In this document: in pieces, positions 21,248-31,175 of the stretch
Layout: each line of letters begins with the position of its first letter
How positions within the stretch are numbered: position 1 is the stretch's first letter
NCBI GenBank assembly: GCA_963745035.1
Contig: CAVUVW010000026.1
Coordinates: 1 to 64,000, forward strand
Length of the DNA stretch: 64,000 nt
Source: an uncultured delta proteobacterium
GTDB taxonomy: Bacteria; Desulfobacterota; Binatia; UBA9968
Reading direction: 5' to 3'
Notes under the pieces: model-generated
The model's database searches: none
Told to the model about the DNA's origin: nothing
The model's input: the letters and a program-made list of their open reading frames with translations, nothing else
Program-made: the position numbers and the translations under genes

Positions 21248-22039
21248 ATGATCGAGCTTTATCACAACGATATGTCCGTGTGTGCGCAAAAAGTGCGCTT
21301 CGCGCTCGGCGAAAAAGCTCTTCCGTGGGAAAGTCGCCACTTGAATTTGCGCGCCGGCGACCAGCAGAAGCCCGATTACATCAAGCTCAATCCCAACGCG
21401 GTAGTGCCGACGTTGGTGGACCGCGGCAACGTGATCATCGAATCCACGGTAATCAACGAGTACCTCGACGACGCCTATCCCGAACCGTCTCTGCGTCCGC
21501 GCGATCCCGTCGAGCGGGCGCGGGTGCGGCTGTGGACCAAGCAGCTCGACGAAAGCGTGCATGCCGCGACTCGAACCATCAGCAATGCGATCGCCTTTCG
21601 TCACCAAAAGCTCGCGCTCGGCACGGCGGCGTTGACCGCATTGCACAACAAAATCCCCGATCCCAAGAAACGCGCGGAGAGCTGGGAAAATATCCACAAA
21701 GGCATCGACTCCTCTTATTTCGCCGACGCCGCGCAGCGCCTCGATAAACTGCTGTCGGACATGGAAGCGGCGCTACGCGCGGCGCCATGGCTGGCGGGAG
21801 GCACATTTTCTTTGGCCGACATTGGCTACGCACCGTATATTCTACGCCTGGAGGATCTCCAGCTTCAGTTCCTGTGGGACAAGCGGCCGCGCATCGCCGC
21901 CTGGTTCGACAAGATCGGCGAGCAATCAGGATATAAGGCGGCGTTCGACGACTGGCCCAACGAATCCTACGCGGTGCTGATGCGTGACAAGGGCACCGAC
22001 GCGCAGGCGCGGATCAAAGCGATCCTCGGGCTCTCTTAA
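21248..22039 (+). CDS. Glutathione S-transferase family protein
   Basis: SVCAQKVR, LNPNAVVPTL, ESTVINEYLDD, FSLADI. Confidence 0.93.
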   Translation: MIELYHNDMSVCAQKVRFALGEKALPWESRHLNLRAGDQQKPDYIKLNPNAVVPTLVDRGNVIIESTVINEYLDDAYPEPSLRPRDPVERARVRLWTKQLDESVHAATRTISNAIAFRHQKLALGTAALTALHNKIPDPKKRAESWENIHKGIDSSYFADAAQRLDKLLSDMEAALRAAPWLAGGTFSLADIGYAPYILRLEDLQLQFLWDKRPRIAAWFDKIGEQSGYKAAFDDWPNESYAVLMRDKGTDAQARIKAILGLS

Positions 22040-22065
22040 GCCGCCCAAACATGCGGCTGCGCCTG

Positions 22066-22269
22066 ATGGCAACGCCGCGGTATGTCGGTCGCGCCGTCGC
22101 TTGCCTTGCCGGAGATCCCGATGTGGCGCGCTGGAGCGGTCAGTCACTGTCGAGCGGCCAGCTCGCAAAGGTGTATGGTTTCACCGATCTCGACGGCTCG
22201 CAGCCCGATGCTTGGCGCTACGTTGTCGAGGTCCCAGGACGCCGGCAAACCGGCGATCCGACCGGATAA
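22066..22269 (+). pseudogene. C-terminal remnant of an SDR-family oxidoreductase
   Basis: TPRYVGRAVA.LA.DP.VARWSGQSLSSGQLA..YGFTD.DGSQPD resembles an SDR C-terminus; no N-terminal Rossmann fold. Confidence 0.65.
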
Positions 22270-22446
22270 TACAGGTAACGTTGCCAGCCCAATGACGGCG
22301 CACAGGCATTGGCTTACAAACGCGGATGCCATCCGTGAGGCAACGAATTAAGAATCAAGATTCCTGATTAAAGAATTTGCCGGGACGAAGGTCGCTTCGC
22401 TACAAGGCCGCTTTCATAATATCAATGCACGTTGAAATCTTCGGAG

Positions 22447-23508
22447 CTAGTTCTCCCACACAGGTTTGACCGCTGTGTCGAGCCACTTGCGCGCGTCCTC
22501 GATATAAGCCTTATTCGCAACCACGACGGGTTTGGTGTTGGGGCCCCAGCCGTTTTCGATGGAAGTCTTGGACTTGAATCCTTTGCGGGAGCTCGCTCTA
22601 CCGACGGCGTCGATGGCGCCTTGGCCTTCGGGCGAGGTCAGCCATTCGGCAAACAGCTTGGCGGCGGCGGGGTGAGGCGCTTTGGCATAGATCGCCGCCT
22701 GCTGGGGTGAGACCACCGGTGGCGCGCCTTTGACGAAATCGAGCGGGCTGCCGATGTCCTTTTCGCGCACGACGTCGTGGAAGAGCGCCGGCATGGCGAT
22801 GGAGTATTCGCCCGCGACGGCGAGGCGGATCATCGCGCTGGTGCTTTTGTGAATCGAGACATTCAAGGCCTTGAGGCCCTTGATGAAATTGGCCCAGCGC
22901 GCGTCGTCCTTCCACTCATCCTTGAAGGCGGCCAGCATGGAGCTTAGCGGGCCGGCTCTCATGGGGTCGTCCAGAGCCACGATCCCTTTGTATTTCGGAT
23001 TGGTCACGTCTTCCCAACTCTTCGGCGCCTCTTGCGCTTTGAGTTTTCTGGTGTTGTAAGCGAGCGCCTGAATCTGCAGGCTGACCACGGGAGCGATCGC
23101 GTCGTGCACGATCAATGAATTCGCCTGCACGGTGGCGTAAGGTTGCGAGGCCCCGGCGGCATGGAGAACCAGCGGCGCTTCGGTAAGAATCACGTCGACG
23201 CTCGGCTGGTTTCCCTGATGTTCGGTCAACGTCCGGGTGGTGACTTCCGACCTCGTCGCCTGCCAATAGGAGGTGTTGATACCCGGGAAGCGCTTGCTAA
23301 AGGCATTCGACAGCGCGCGAATATGGTCGACATCCCAAACTGTGTAGACGACCAGCGCGCCTTCCTGTTTTGCCTTGGGATAGAGCTCTTTGGCCAATTT
23401 CTCAAATCGCGGATCGGTCTCGGGCCGCGCTTGAGCGATCGCAAAGGTGTTAGTCAACGCCAGGAGGAACACCACGGAGAGGAAAGACGAAAAGACTAGC
23501 TTCGCCAT
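22447..23508 (-). CDS. ABC transporter substrate-binding protein (Fe3+/thiamine-type, SBP_bac_6-like)
   Basis: Signal peptide; AKQEGALVVY, AYNT, PKSWED, APHPAAAKLF.EW. Confidence 0.88.
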   Translation of the reverse strand: MAKLVFSSFLSVVFLLALTNTFAIAQARPETDPRFEKLAKELYPKAKQEGALVVYTVWDVDHIRALSNAFSKRFPGINTSYWQATRSEVTTRTLTEHQGNQPSVDVILTEAPLVLHAAGASQPYATVQANSLIVHDAIAPVVSLQIQALAYNTRKLKAQEAPKSWEDVTNPKYKGIVALDDPMRAGPLSSMLAAFKDEWKDDARWANFIKGLKALNVSIHKSTSAMIRLAVAGEYSIAMPALFHDVVREKDIGSPLDFVKGAPPVVSPQQAAIYAKAPHPAAAKLFAEWLTSPEGQGAIDAVGRASSRKGFKSKTSIENGWGPNTKPVVVANKAYIEDARKWLDTAVKPVWEN

Positions 23509-23768
23509 GCCAGGCTCCTTTTTTTCTATTCGAGTGAATACTCTGAAACGGTTTAGACGGCTCAAAAACCTTTCATCGTCTTAAACCGTCGCCGCTTAGT
23601 CGGAAAAAATTTCTTACGTCGCTTGGGAAAGACTATGCCAAGGGTGAAACCTATTCGATTGTCGGTCTTATAGTCAAGAACTAACCACCCGCATAGTGGT
23701 TCAGTTTCAATCCGCCTTGAGTGTTCAACATACTGCTCGACGCAATCTGCGGTTGAACATACGTCGTG

Positions 23769-24014
23769 TTAACCTTGTGCGCAACCACAGTGTTTGCATT
23801 CCAACGCGGCGTGCTTGATTCGTTTGGAGCATTGGGGACAAACCTTCGTCGAGCCAATCCAGTAGAGCGTTGCGCCAACTATCATCAGACTCAAGCCAAA
23901 CATCGTCGTTCCGGCGCTCGATCCGATCATCGATCCTATCACGCACCCTACGACAGTAATCATTAGCCCGAGAGAAAAAACTAAACGACCTAGGAGTTTG
24001 GCGAGGAGGGGCAT
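23769..24014 (-). CDS. Small membrane protein with C-terminal zinc ribbon
   Basis: Two hydrophobic segments then CPQC...CKHC. Confidence 0.6.
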   Translation of the reverse strand: MPLLAKLLGRLVFSLGLMITVVGCVIGSMIGSSAGTTMFGLSLMIVGATLYWIGSTKVCPQCSKRIKHAALECKHCGCAQG

Positions 24015-24065
24015 TTCACTGTGCTAAGTTGTTGACGCACCCGGGCGCGCGGCGACCGCCGCCTG

Positions 24066-24350
24066 TTATTTTTGCGGCCTCACCGGTTTGGGTGGGGTTT
24101 TCCGCGGGTCTTCCTCCTCCGGCAGGCAGTAGTAGCTCATGGTCGTGTTGTTGCTGGTGAAGGTTACGCTATTGCCGGTGAACGTCGCGTCTTTGAACTG
24201 GCGCCAGACGTCGAGTTTTTCTTTGACGCTGGCGGCGCAGCGCTGCTCGGTGGGCAAGCCGGGGGCGGCGTTCCAGCTATCAGACGTCGGACCTTGAGTG
24301 CGGATCCAGAGCGTCCATGCGATCGCCAAAAACACTGCGCATTTGTTCAT
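24066..24350 (-). CDS. Small exported hypothetical protein
   Basis: Hydrophobic N-terminus, two further Cys, YYCLP..DPR C-terminal motif, GC-rich codon usage. Confidence 0.6.
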   Translation of the reverse strand: MNKCAVFLAIAWTLWIRTQGPTSDSWNAAPGLPTEQRCAASVKEKLDVWRQFKDATFTGNSVTFTSNNTTMSYYCLPEEEDPRKTPPKPVRPQK

Positions 24351-24571
24351 AAGCGTTCGCTTTCTCTTTGCGGTTTACTCTCCTTGGACGAACGGATTGC
24401 GCCATTCCTTCGCCTTCCGCCCGTTCCGCCTCCAAGTAGTGAAGTCGTTACACGTTTTACCTTCGTTTCTCAACTGTTTTCGTCCGGACATCCGAAGCCT
24501 GGTTCTCTTGACACAGTGCTCCCGTGAGGCGTACGAGTGTCCAATGACCGGCGCGAAGGAGGTATTCTCAA

Positions 24572-25594
24572 ATGGCGAACCAGTTTGAAGTGATCGATGC
24601 GGATGGACACATCACGGAAGAGGACGGGCAGCTCAAAAAATACATGCCCGAAAAGTACGTGAAGCGAGTAGCGACTCTGACGCCGCGCGACAGTTGGGAC
24701 CGCTCGTTGAGCGGCCGATTGGGTACGCGGGCGGGGAACGCCAAGAGCTGGCTCGATGCCATGGACAAGGGCGGCGTTTCCACGGCGGTGCTTTATCCGA
24801 CTAATGGCCTGAGCGTCGGCTGGATACGCGAGCCGGACGTTGCCGTGCAGTATTGCCGAGCCTGGAATGATTTCTGTTCGGAAGAGTTTCAGAAGGTCAG
24901 CCCGCGCCTAAAGTGTGTCGCGCTGGTGCCGTTTCAGGACGTTCCCGAGGCCGTGAAAGAGCTGCGTCGCGCAGTCAAAGAGCTTAAGCTCGTCGGCTTG
25001 ATGCTGCCGGCTGTCGGACTGCGGTTGCCGCTCGGCCACGAGAGTTTCTGGCCGATCTACGAAGAGGCCGAAAAACTCGACTGTATGGTCGGCGCGCACG
25101 CCACCGTGCGCGGCCCGCACTATTTCGCCGGCGACATGTTCGATCAGTTTATCGAGGTGCATACGTTGTCGCACTCATTCGCGCAGATGCTGCAATGCTG
25201 CAGTTTCATGTTCCGGGGTGTTTTCGACCGCTTTCCGAAACTGCGCGTGGCCTTTATGGAAGCGGGGTGCAGTTGGGCGCCGTACTGGTTCGGACGCATG
25301 AACGAGGAATGGGAGAAGCGCGGCGAGGTCGAAGCGCCCATGTGCACAAAGAAGCCGACCGAGTATTTGAAAGACGGCCGCATCTATTTTCACGCCGAGG
25401 ATTATGAGCCGCAGATCGGTGCGATCACCGAGGTGCTCACCCACAAGGTGATCTATTACGCTTCGGATTATCCGCACTGGGATACCGAGTTTCCGGAAAA
25501 CATCGAACACCTGGGCCGGCGCAAGGACTTGAATGACGAGGCGAAGAAGTGGCTGTTCGCCGAGTCCGCCAAGCGGCTCTACAACCTTCAATAG
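24572..25594 (+). CDS. Amidohydrolase_2 family protein
   Basis: IDADGHITE, LYPT, CRAWND, YASDYPHWD. Confidence 0.93.
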   Translation: MANQFEVIDADGHITEEDGQLKKYMPEKYVKRVATLTPRDSWDRSLSGRLGTRAGNAKSWLDAMDKGGVSTAVLYPTNGLSVGWIREPDVAVQYCRAWNDFCSEEFQKVSPRLKCVALVPFQDVPEAVKELRRAVKELKLVGLMLPAVGLRLPLGHESFWPIYEEAEKLDCMVGAHATVRGPHYFAGDMFDQFIEVHTLSHSFAQMLQCCSFMFRGVFDRFPKLRVAFMEAGCSWAPYWFGRMNEEWEKRGEVEAPMCTKKPTEYLKDGRIYFHAEDYEPQIGAITEVLTHKVIYYASDYPHWDTEFPENIEHLGRRKDLNDEAKKWLFAESAKRLYNLQ

Positions 25595-25602
25595 AGCGAC
25601 CC

Positions 25603-26631
25603 ATGGCCATCAAGCGTAAGATTTGTCTCACCGGGCCGATGCGCATCAAGATCGTCGAAGACACGTTGCGCGGCGCGGGCTGCGAGCTCGTCATGGGAAA
25701 GCCCCAGGACGATTTCCGAACCTTCCGCTACGAGCGCAAGGACCTTATCAATCTGATCGGCGACTGCTCGATTGTGTATCCCTCGGGCCGGGACATGATC
25801 GGCGCCGACATTCTCGATTCCTGTCCGGATCTTCAAGCTGTGGTGAAGTCGAGCATCGGCATCGAGACCGTCGATGTCGATGCAGCGACGGATTTGGGAA
25901 TTCTCTGCTGCAACAGTCCGACGCCGGAAAACTATCTCGGCGTCGCGGAAGCGACCATGGGGTTGATCGTAGCGCTCTTCAAGCGGCTGAAGTTCAACGA
26001 GACGTTCATTCGCAACGGCGGTTGGAAGGAATTGCAAAACCGCGGCACCTTGATGCTGGGAAAAACCATCGGCGTTATTGGCGTCGGCCGCATCGGCCAA
26101 AACGTCGCGAGACGGCTCGGCTCATGGGGAGTCAAAGTGTCTCGGCTACGATCCTTACGTCAAGCAGGAGACCGTCGCCGATCTAGGCATCAAAATGGTT
26201 TCATTGGAGGAGCTCTTGCGGCAATCCGATCGTGATCACGGTGCATGTGGTACTTGACGCGAGAGACACGAGGCATGCTGGGCATGCGCGAATTCAAAAT
26301 CATGAAGCCGACGGCGTTCATCGTCAACACCTCGCGCGGTCCGGCGCTGAAAGAAGCCGAGCTGGTGCAGGCATTGAACGAAAAAATCATCGCCGGCGCG
26401 GCGCTGGATGTCTTCGAGCAGGAACCACTGCCGATGGAAAATCCTCTGCGTCAGGTCGATCCCATGCGATTGATTCTGACGCCGCACAATATCGGCGCCA
26501 ATCCAGGCTCGGCTGAGGCAGGGCAGAAGATGGCCGCGCAGAGCATGCTGGCGATTCTCGACGGCAACGTGCCCGACACAGTCGTCAATCCATTGGCGAT
26601 CGAACGCTGGAAGGAACGCTTTTGGCCGTAA
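25603..26631 (+). CDS. D-isomer-specific 2-hydroxyacid dehydrogenase family, frameshifts at ~26140-26250
   Basis: GVIGVGRIG, VNTSRG, AALDVFEQEP, LTPH across ORFs 25549-26235 and 26245-26631. Confidence 0.85.
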
Positions 26632-26692
26632 TCGGAATTTGTCAGTCGATGTGTTGTTGACAATGGCTCCGTACCCATCCGCTACGATCCCT

Positions 26693-27685
26693 ATGAAACG
26701 CGGTTCAATCTCGGGGTTTTGTGCATTTCTAGTTGCATTGGCATTTTCTCCTTCTGCCTTCGCCGCTGCAGCCCCGCTAGCCATGCGCATGGGCTATCCG
26801 CAGCCGAGCGGCGCCATGCTGCCGATCTGGGTAATGACCGAGGCCAAGCTCGATCAAAAATATGGCTTCGAGCTGCAAAACATTTACATCTCGGGCGGCG
26901 CGCGGCTGACCCAGACCTTGGTTTCCGGCGACGTCGACGTCGGCAGCTCGGGCGGCGCTGTCGTGAATGCGATTCTCAGCGGCGCCGATCTAGTCTGCAT
27001 CGCCGCGAGCATTCCTACCTACGCTTTTTCGGTTTATGCACGTCCCGACATCAAGGATGTCTCCGCGCTCAAAGGCAAAGTGCTGGGCGTGATGACTAAG
27101 GGCGCGTCGTCGGATCACGCCGCTGTGGCGCTGCTCAAGCGCAACAACTTGCAGCCGGGTCAGGATGTGAAGTTTCTCTACCTGGGCGGAGTGCGCGAAG
27201 TTCTGGCGGCGCTGGAGCGGGGCATCGTTTCCGCGGGTGTGCTGTCGGCGCCGACGACTTTACTGGCCCGCCGTCTCGGCCTGAAAGAAGTCGTCAACAT
27301 CGCCGATCTGAAGCTGCCTTACGTGCACAGCGGCCTCGTGACGCGGCGGAGCCTGCCGCGCCAGCAGCCGGAGCGCCTGCGCGGCTTTCTCAAGGCATAC
27401 GTCGCCAGCATCAAGATCAGCAATGAGAATCCCGAGATCAGCAAGCGTGCGCTGGCGCGCTATCTGGCCACCAACGACGGCCCGGTCATCGATGAAGCGT
27501 ACAATACTTTTCGCGGCGTGTTTCCCAAGGTGCCGTATTTCACCGAGGAGCATATTCGATCCGTTCTCTCGGTCACGGATCATCCCAAGGCGGGCAGCGC
27601 CGAGCCCAGGGAGTTCTTTGACAATAGATTCCTAAAGGAGTTAGAAGATACAGGATTCGTTAAGGAACTTTACGGCTCGCCATAG
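26693..27685 (+). CDS. ABC substrate-binding protein, NitT/TauT type
   Basis: Signal peptide; LKGKVLGV..KGASSD; FFDNRFLKELE. Confidence 0.9.
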   Translation: MKRGSISGFCAFLVALAFSPSAFAAAAPLAMRMGYPQPSGAMLPIWVMTEAKLDQKYGFELQNIYISGGARLTQTLVSGDVDVGSSGGAVVNAILSGADLVCIAASIPTYAFSVYARPDIKDVSALKGKVLGVMTKGASSDHAAVALLKRNNLQPGQDVKFLYLGGVREVLAALERGIVSAGVLSAPTTLLARRLGLKEVVNIADLKLPYVHSGLVTRRSLPRQQPERLRGFLKAYVASIKISNENPEISKRALARYLATNDGPVIDEAYNTFRGVFPKVPYFTEEHIRSVLSVTDHPKAGSAEPREFFDNRFLKELEDTGFVKELYGSP

Positions 27686-27721
27686 CACTCGCGTGAGCAT
27701 TGAAGGAAGGGAAGTTGCCGC

Positions 27722-28732
27722 ATGAGCAAACGCAGCTACGTTCTAAGCGGTTTGGTTTTCACTTTGGTGATCAGTGCCTCTGCGACAACGGTTCGGGGCG
27801 CGGCGGCGCCGGAAAAATTAGTCGGGATTCATTCCGCCCGCGTCATGTCGCAGTCTATGCCCTGGATGGCGCAGGAGGCGGGGCTGTTCAAGAAACACAA
27901 TCTCGATTTCAGTTTGGTGTTTATTTCTTCCTCGGGCATCGTCACCGCGGCGTTGCTCGGCGGCGATGCCGAGATGACCGTCACGGGCGGCGTGGGCAAC
28001 GTCGCGGCCTACAGCCGCGGCTCGACCGACCTGGTTTTTATCGGCGGCATCAAAAACACCATGACCCAAACTCTCGTGGCGGGCGGCAATATCAAGAAAC
28101 CGGAAGACCTGAAAGGCAAGAAGATCGGCGTCAGCCGGATCGGCGGCAATTCGCATTACTTTACCATTCAGGCGCTGCGCCGTTATGGCATGGATGCGAA
28201 CCGCGATGTGCAGTTTATTCAGACCGGCGGCGATCCCGAAACGTTCGCGGCGTTCGTCAGCGGGCAAATCGACGTAGCCAACCTGACGCCGCCGACGGAC
28301 GCTGTGGCGATCGCGAAAGGGTATCACTACGTTATTTACGGCCCCGATCTTAAAATACCTTACGCCGCCACGGCGTTTGTGACCAAGCGCTCGGTGATGG
28401 CCAAACGGCCGCAGGTCATGGCCAACTTCATGCGCGCCATGGCCGAGACCGCCAAGCTCATGCACACGGACCGGGGTTTCGTTTACAAAGTGCTCGGTAA
28501 ATATCTGCGCGTCACCGATCGCAACGTGCTCGATTCGGCGTATAACGCCGAGATCAAAGTGCTCGAGCCCCGCCTGGTGATCAAGGCGGAAGCCCTGCAA
28601 GCGATTCTCGACGAGCTTTCGGCAACCGACCCGGGCGCGAAAAAAATCAAACCGCAGGAAATGATCGACAATCGATATCTGGACGAAATGGAAAAGAGTG
28701 GCTTTTTCGATCAACTTTGGGCTAAAAAGTAA
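27722..28732 (+). CDS. ABC substrate-binding protein, NitT/TauT type
   Basis: Signal peptide; DLKGKKIGVSRIGG; IDNRYLDEMEKSGF. Confidence 0.9.
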   Translation: MSKRSYVLSGLVFTLVISASATTVRGAAAPEKLVGIHSARVMSQSMPWMAQEAGLFKKHNLDFSLVFISSSGIVTAALLGGDAEMTVTGGVGNVAAYSRGSTDLVFIGGIKNTMTQTLVAGGNIKKPEDLKGKKIGVSRIGGNSHYFTIQALRRYGMDANRDVQFIQTGGDPETFAAFVSGQIDVANLTPPTDAVAIAKGYHYVIYGPDLKIPYAATAFVTKRSVMAKRPQVMANFMRAMAETAKLMHTDRGFVYKVLGKYLRVTDRNVLDSAYNAEIKVLEPRLVIKAEALQAILDELSATDPGAKKIKPQEMIDNRYLDEMEKSGFFDQLWAKK

Positions 28733-28749
28733 TTGGGAGGGAGATCGCT

Positions 28750-29895
28750 ATGGAACAATCGATAATCTCGTCGGACTCTCACGTCATCGAAGTACCGGAC
28801 CTCTGGGAAAAAGGCGTGCCTGCGTCGTTCAGAGAACGCGCGCCGAAGATGTTCTTCGACGAAAAGCGCGACGCCTGGATGTTCGGCTCGCCGGAAGTGC
28901 AAATTCAGGCGGTGGGCGGACTGTTTATGGCCGGCCAGCAGCCTGAGAACGTCGAAAAGTTTCGCAAGGCGGGATTCGCCGTAGCGCGTCCCGGCGGCTG
29001 GGACCCGATCGTGCGCCAGGACGACATGGTCACCGACGGCGTGGCGGCCGAAGTGCTCTACCCGAGCCTCGGCCTCGGCCTGTTCTGCGTCAAAGACGCC
29101 GCCTTACAGGAATCGCTATTCAGAACCTACAACGACTGGATTATCGATTATTGCAGCAAAGTGCCGGATCGGCTGTACGGTATCGCGCTGATTTCGATGT
29201 ACGACGTAGATCATGCGATCGCCGAGATGGAACGCTGCAAGAAGGCGGGGGGCATCGTTGGCACGATGATCTGGCAGGTGCCGGACGCCAACCTGCCGTT
29301 CACTTCCGATCATTATGAAAGATTCTGGGCGGCGTCCCAGGCTCTCGACTTGCCTGTGCATCTGCATATTTTGACCGGCTTCGGCGACAGCATGAACCGA
29401 CAGTCGAGCCATGGCATCAACCGCTACCGGATCGGTGTTCAGCAGACCCATGAAATTGAAGACGCGTTGTTCGATATAATGTTTTCCGGCGTGCTCGAGC
29501 GCTATCCCAAGCTCAAAGTAGTTTCGGTGGAAAATGAGATCGGCTGGATGCCCTTTTGGCTGGAGAAATGCGACAAGGGCTACAAGCGGCACCGCCATGC
29601 GGAGAAGGTGCCCATGAGCAAACTGCCGAGCGAATACTTCGCCGAGCAGATTTACGCGACATTTTTTAACGATCGCGTCGGTGGCCAGCTCTTCTCGTGG
29701 TGGGGCGTGGACAACTGCATGTGGTCCAACGACTACCCGCACCAGAATTCCACCTGGCCCAATTCGCGGGCGGTGATCGAGCGCGATATGGCGCATCTTT
29801 CGGCCGCGGACCGCGACAAATTGTTGAACACGAACGTGCGCAAATTGTACAAACTGAATGCGCCCGCGTCTTTGCCGAAGGCGGCTGCGGCGTAG
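28750..29895 (+). CDS. Amidohydrolase_2 family protein
   Basis: ISSDSHVIE, EVLYPS, LHILTG, WSNDYPH. Confidence 0.93.
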   Translation: MEQSIISSDSHVIEVPDLWEKGVPASFRERAPKMFFDEKRDAWMFGSPEVQIQAVGGLFMAGQQPENVEKFRKAGFAVARPGGWDPIVRQDDMVTDGVAAEVLYPSLGLGLFCVKDAALQESLFRTYNDWIIDYCSKVPDRLYGIALISMYDVDHAIAEMERCKKAGGIVGTMIWQVPDANLPFTSDHYERFWAASQALDLPVHLHILTGFGDSMNRQSSHGINRYRIGVQQTHEIEDALFDIMFSGVLERYPKLKVVSVENEIGWMPFWLEKCDKGYKRHRHAEKVPMSKLPSEYFAEQIYATFFNDRVGGQLFSWWGVDNCMWSNDYPHQNSTWPNSRAVIERDMAHLSAADRDKLLNTNVRKLYKLNAPASLPKAAAA

Positions 29896-29933
29896 ACTCC
29901 GCGCGCCGATTATCGAATACGGAGGTCAGATCT

Positions 29934-30954
29934 ATGGAACTACGCGAAGCTATCAAGGTTCTGGACTCGGACGCGCATGCGCGCGATCTCGACAACGAAA
30001 TTCGTCCCTATCTGCCCGAGCCTTATCGCAGCCAGAAGGCATCCTTTATTCCGAGCGAACACTACGATCGCAATCTTGGCGGCACATTAGGGAAGTCGGG
30101 CGCCAAAGTAGAAGAGCGATTGGCGGCGATGGACACCCAGCAAATCGATATGGCGGTCATGTTTCCGACCAGCGGATTGGGCATCGGCCGGGTGCGCGAT
30201 GCGAATTTTCAAACCGCGCTTTGCCGCGCCTACAACGATTTCATTTCGGATTATTGCAAGGCGTCGCCGCGCTTGAAGGCGGTGGCGAATTTGCCGGTCA
30301 ACAATCCCGGCCGAATGCGCCAAGGAGCTCAATCGCGCGGTGACCAAATTGGGCCTTTGCGGCGGCATGCTGGCGGCGCAGGCGCATCGAAAGAATCTCG
30401 GCAGCCCGGAATTTTATCCGCTCTACGAAGAAGCGCAGCGCCTCAACACGCCGGTGACGATCCACGCCTTCGGCGGCGACGAGCCGGGGAGCGAGGTGTT
30501 CGATCAATTCATCTGCCTGCACACCACCGGTCATCCGTTCCCGGTGCTGCGCCAGCTCACTGCGATGGTCTTCGGCGGTATTCCCGAAATGTTTCCCAAG
30601 CTGAGAGTGGGCTATCTCGAAGTCGGCTGCGGCTGGCTGCCGTACTGGGCCGAGCGCATGGATGAAGAATGGGAGAAGCGCGGCAAGGTCGAAGCGCCGC
30701 TCTGCAAGAAAAAGCCGAGCGAATATCTGTTCAGCGAAAACAGCTATTACGGCTGCGAGCCGGAAGAAAAAATGATCAGCTTCGTCGTCGGCGAGATCGG
30801 CTCCAAGACGCTCATGTACGCTTCGGATTATCCGCACTGGGACATGAGCTGGCCGGAGTCCGGCAGCATTCTCTGGGCGCGCGAGGATCTGTCGCTGGAT
30901 GCCAAAAAGGACATCCTGCTCAACAACGCGAAGCGGTTTTACAATTTGTCCTAG
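29934..30954 (+). CDS. Amidohydrolase_2 family protein, frameshift near 30310
   Basis: LDSDAH, CRAYND in the first frame; IHAFG and YASDYPHWD in the second. Confidence 0.9.
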
Positions 30955-31004
30955 CGACGGTCAGGATGCTGATTTCACCGCTTGAGTAAACCGTTTAATG
31001 TTGC

Positions 31005-31112
31005 GTCATCCTGAGCGAAGCGAAGGATCTGCTTTGTTTGAGCGACTCTATTGCGATCGCCGTGTGAAAACGGATAAAGCAGATTCTTCGTCGCTGTGCT
31101 CCTCAGAATGAC
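31005..31112. repeat. REP/MITE-like element GTCATCCTGAG...CTCAGAATGAC
   Basis: Terminal IRs plus internal CGAAGGATCT/AGATTCTTCG; related copies at 40223-40306 and 44619-44647. Confidence 0.8.
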
Positions 31113-31175
31113 AGCCAGGAGTTGGCAAAAAGTTTCCAAAGTTCGATTCTAACCGGGGAAAAAGAGGGAGTTAAA

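Noticed and set aside
26657-26688. TTGACA...TACGAT promoter before the SBP gene
   Set aside because: The 20-bp spacer is too long for a sigma70 promoter
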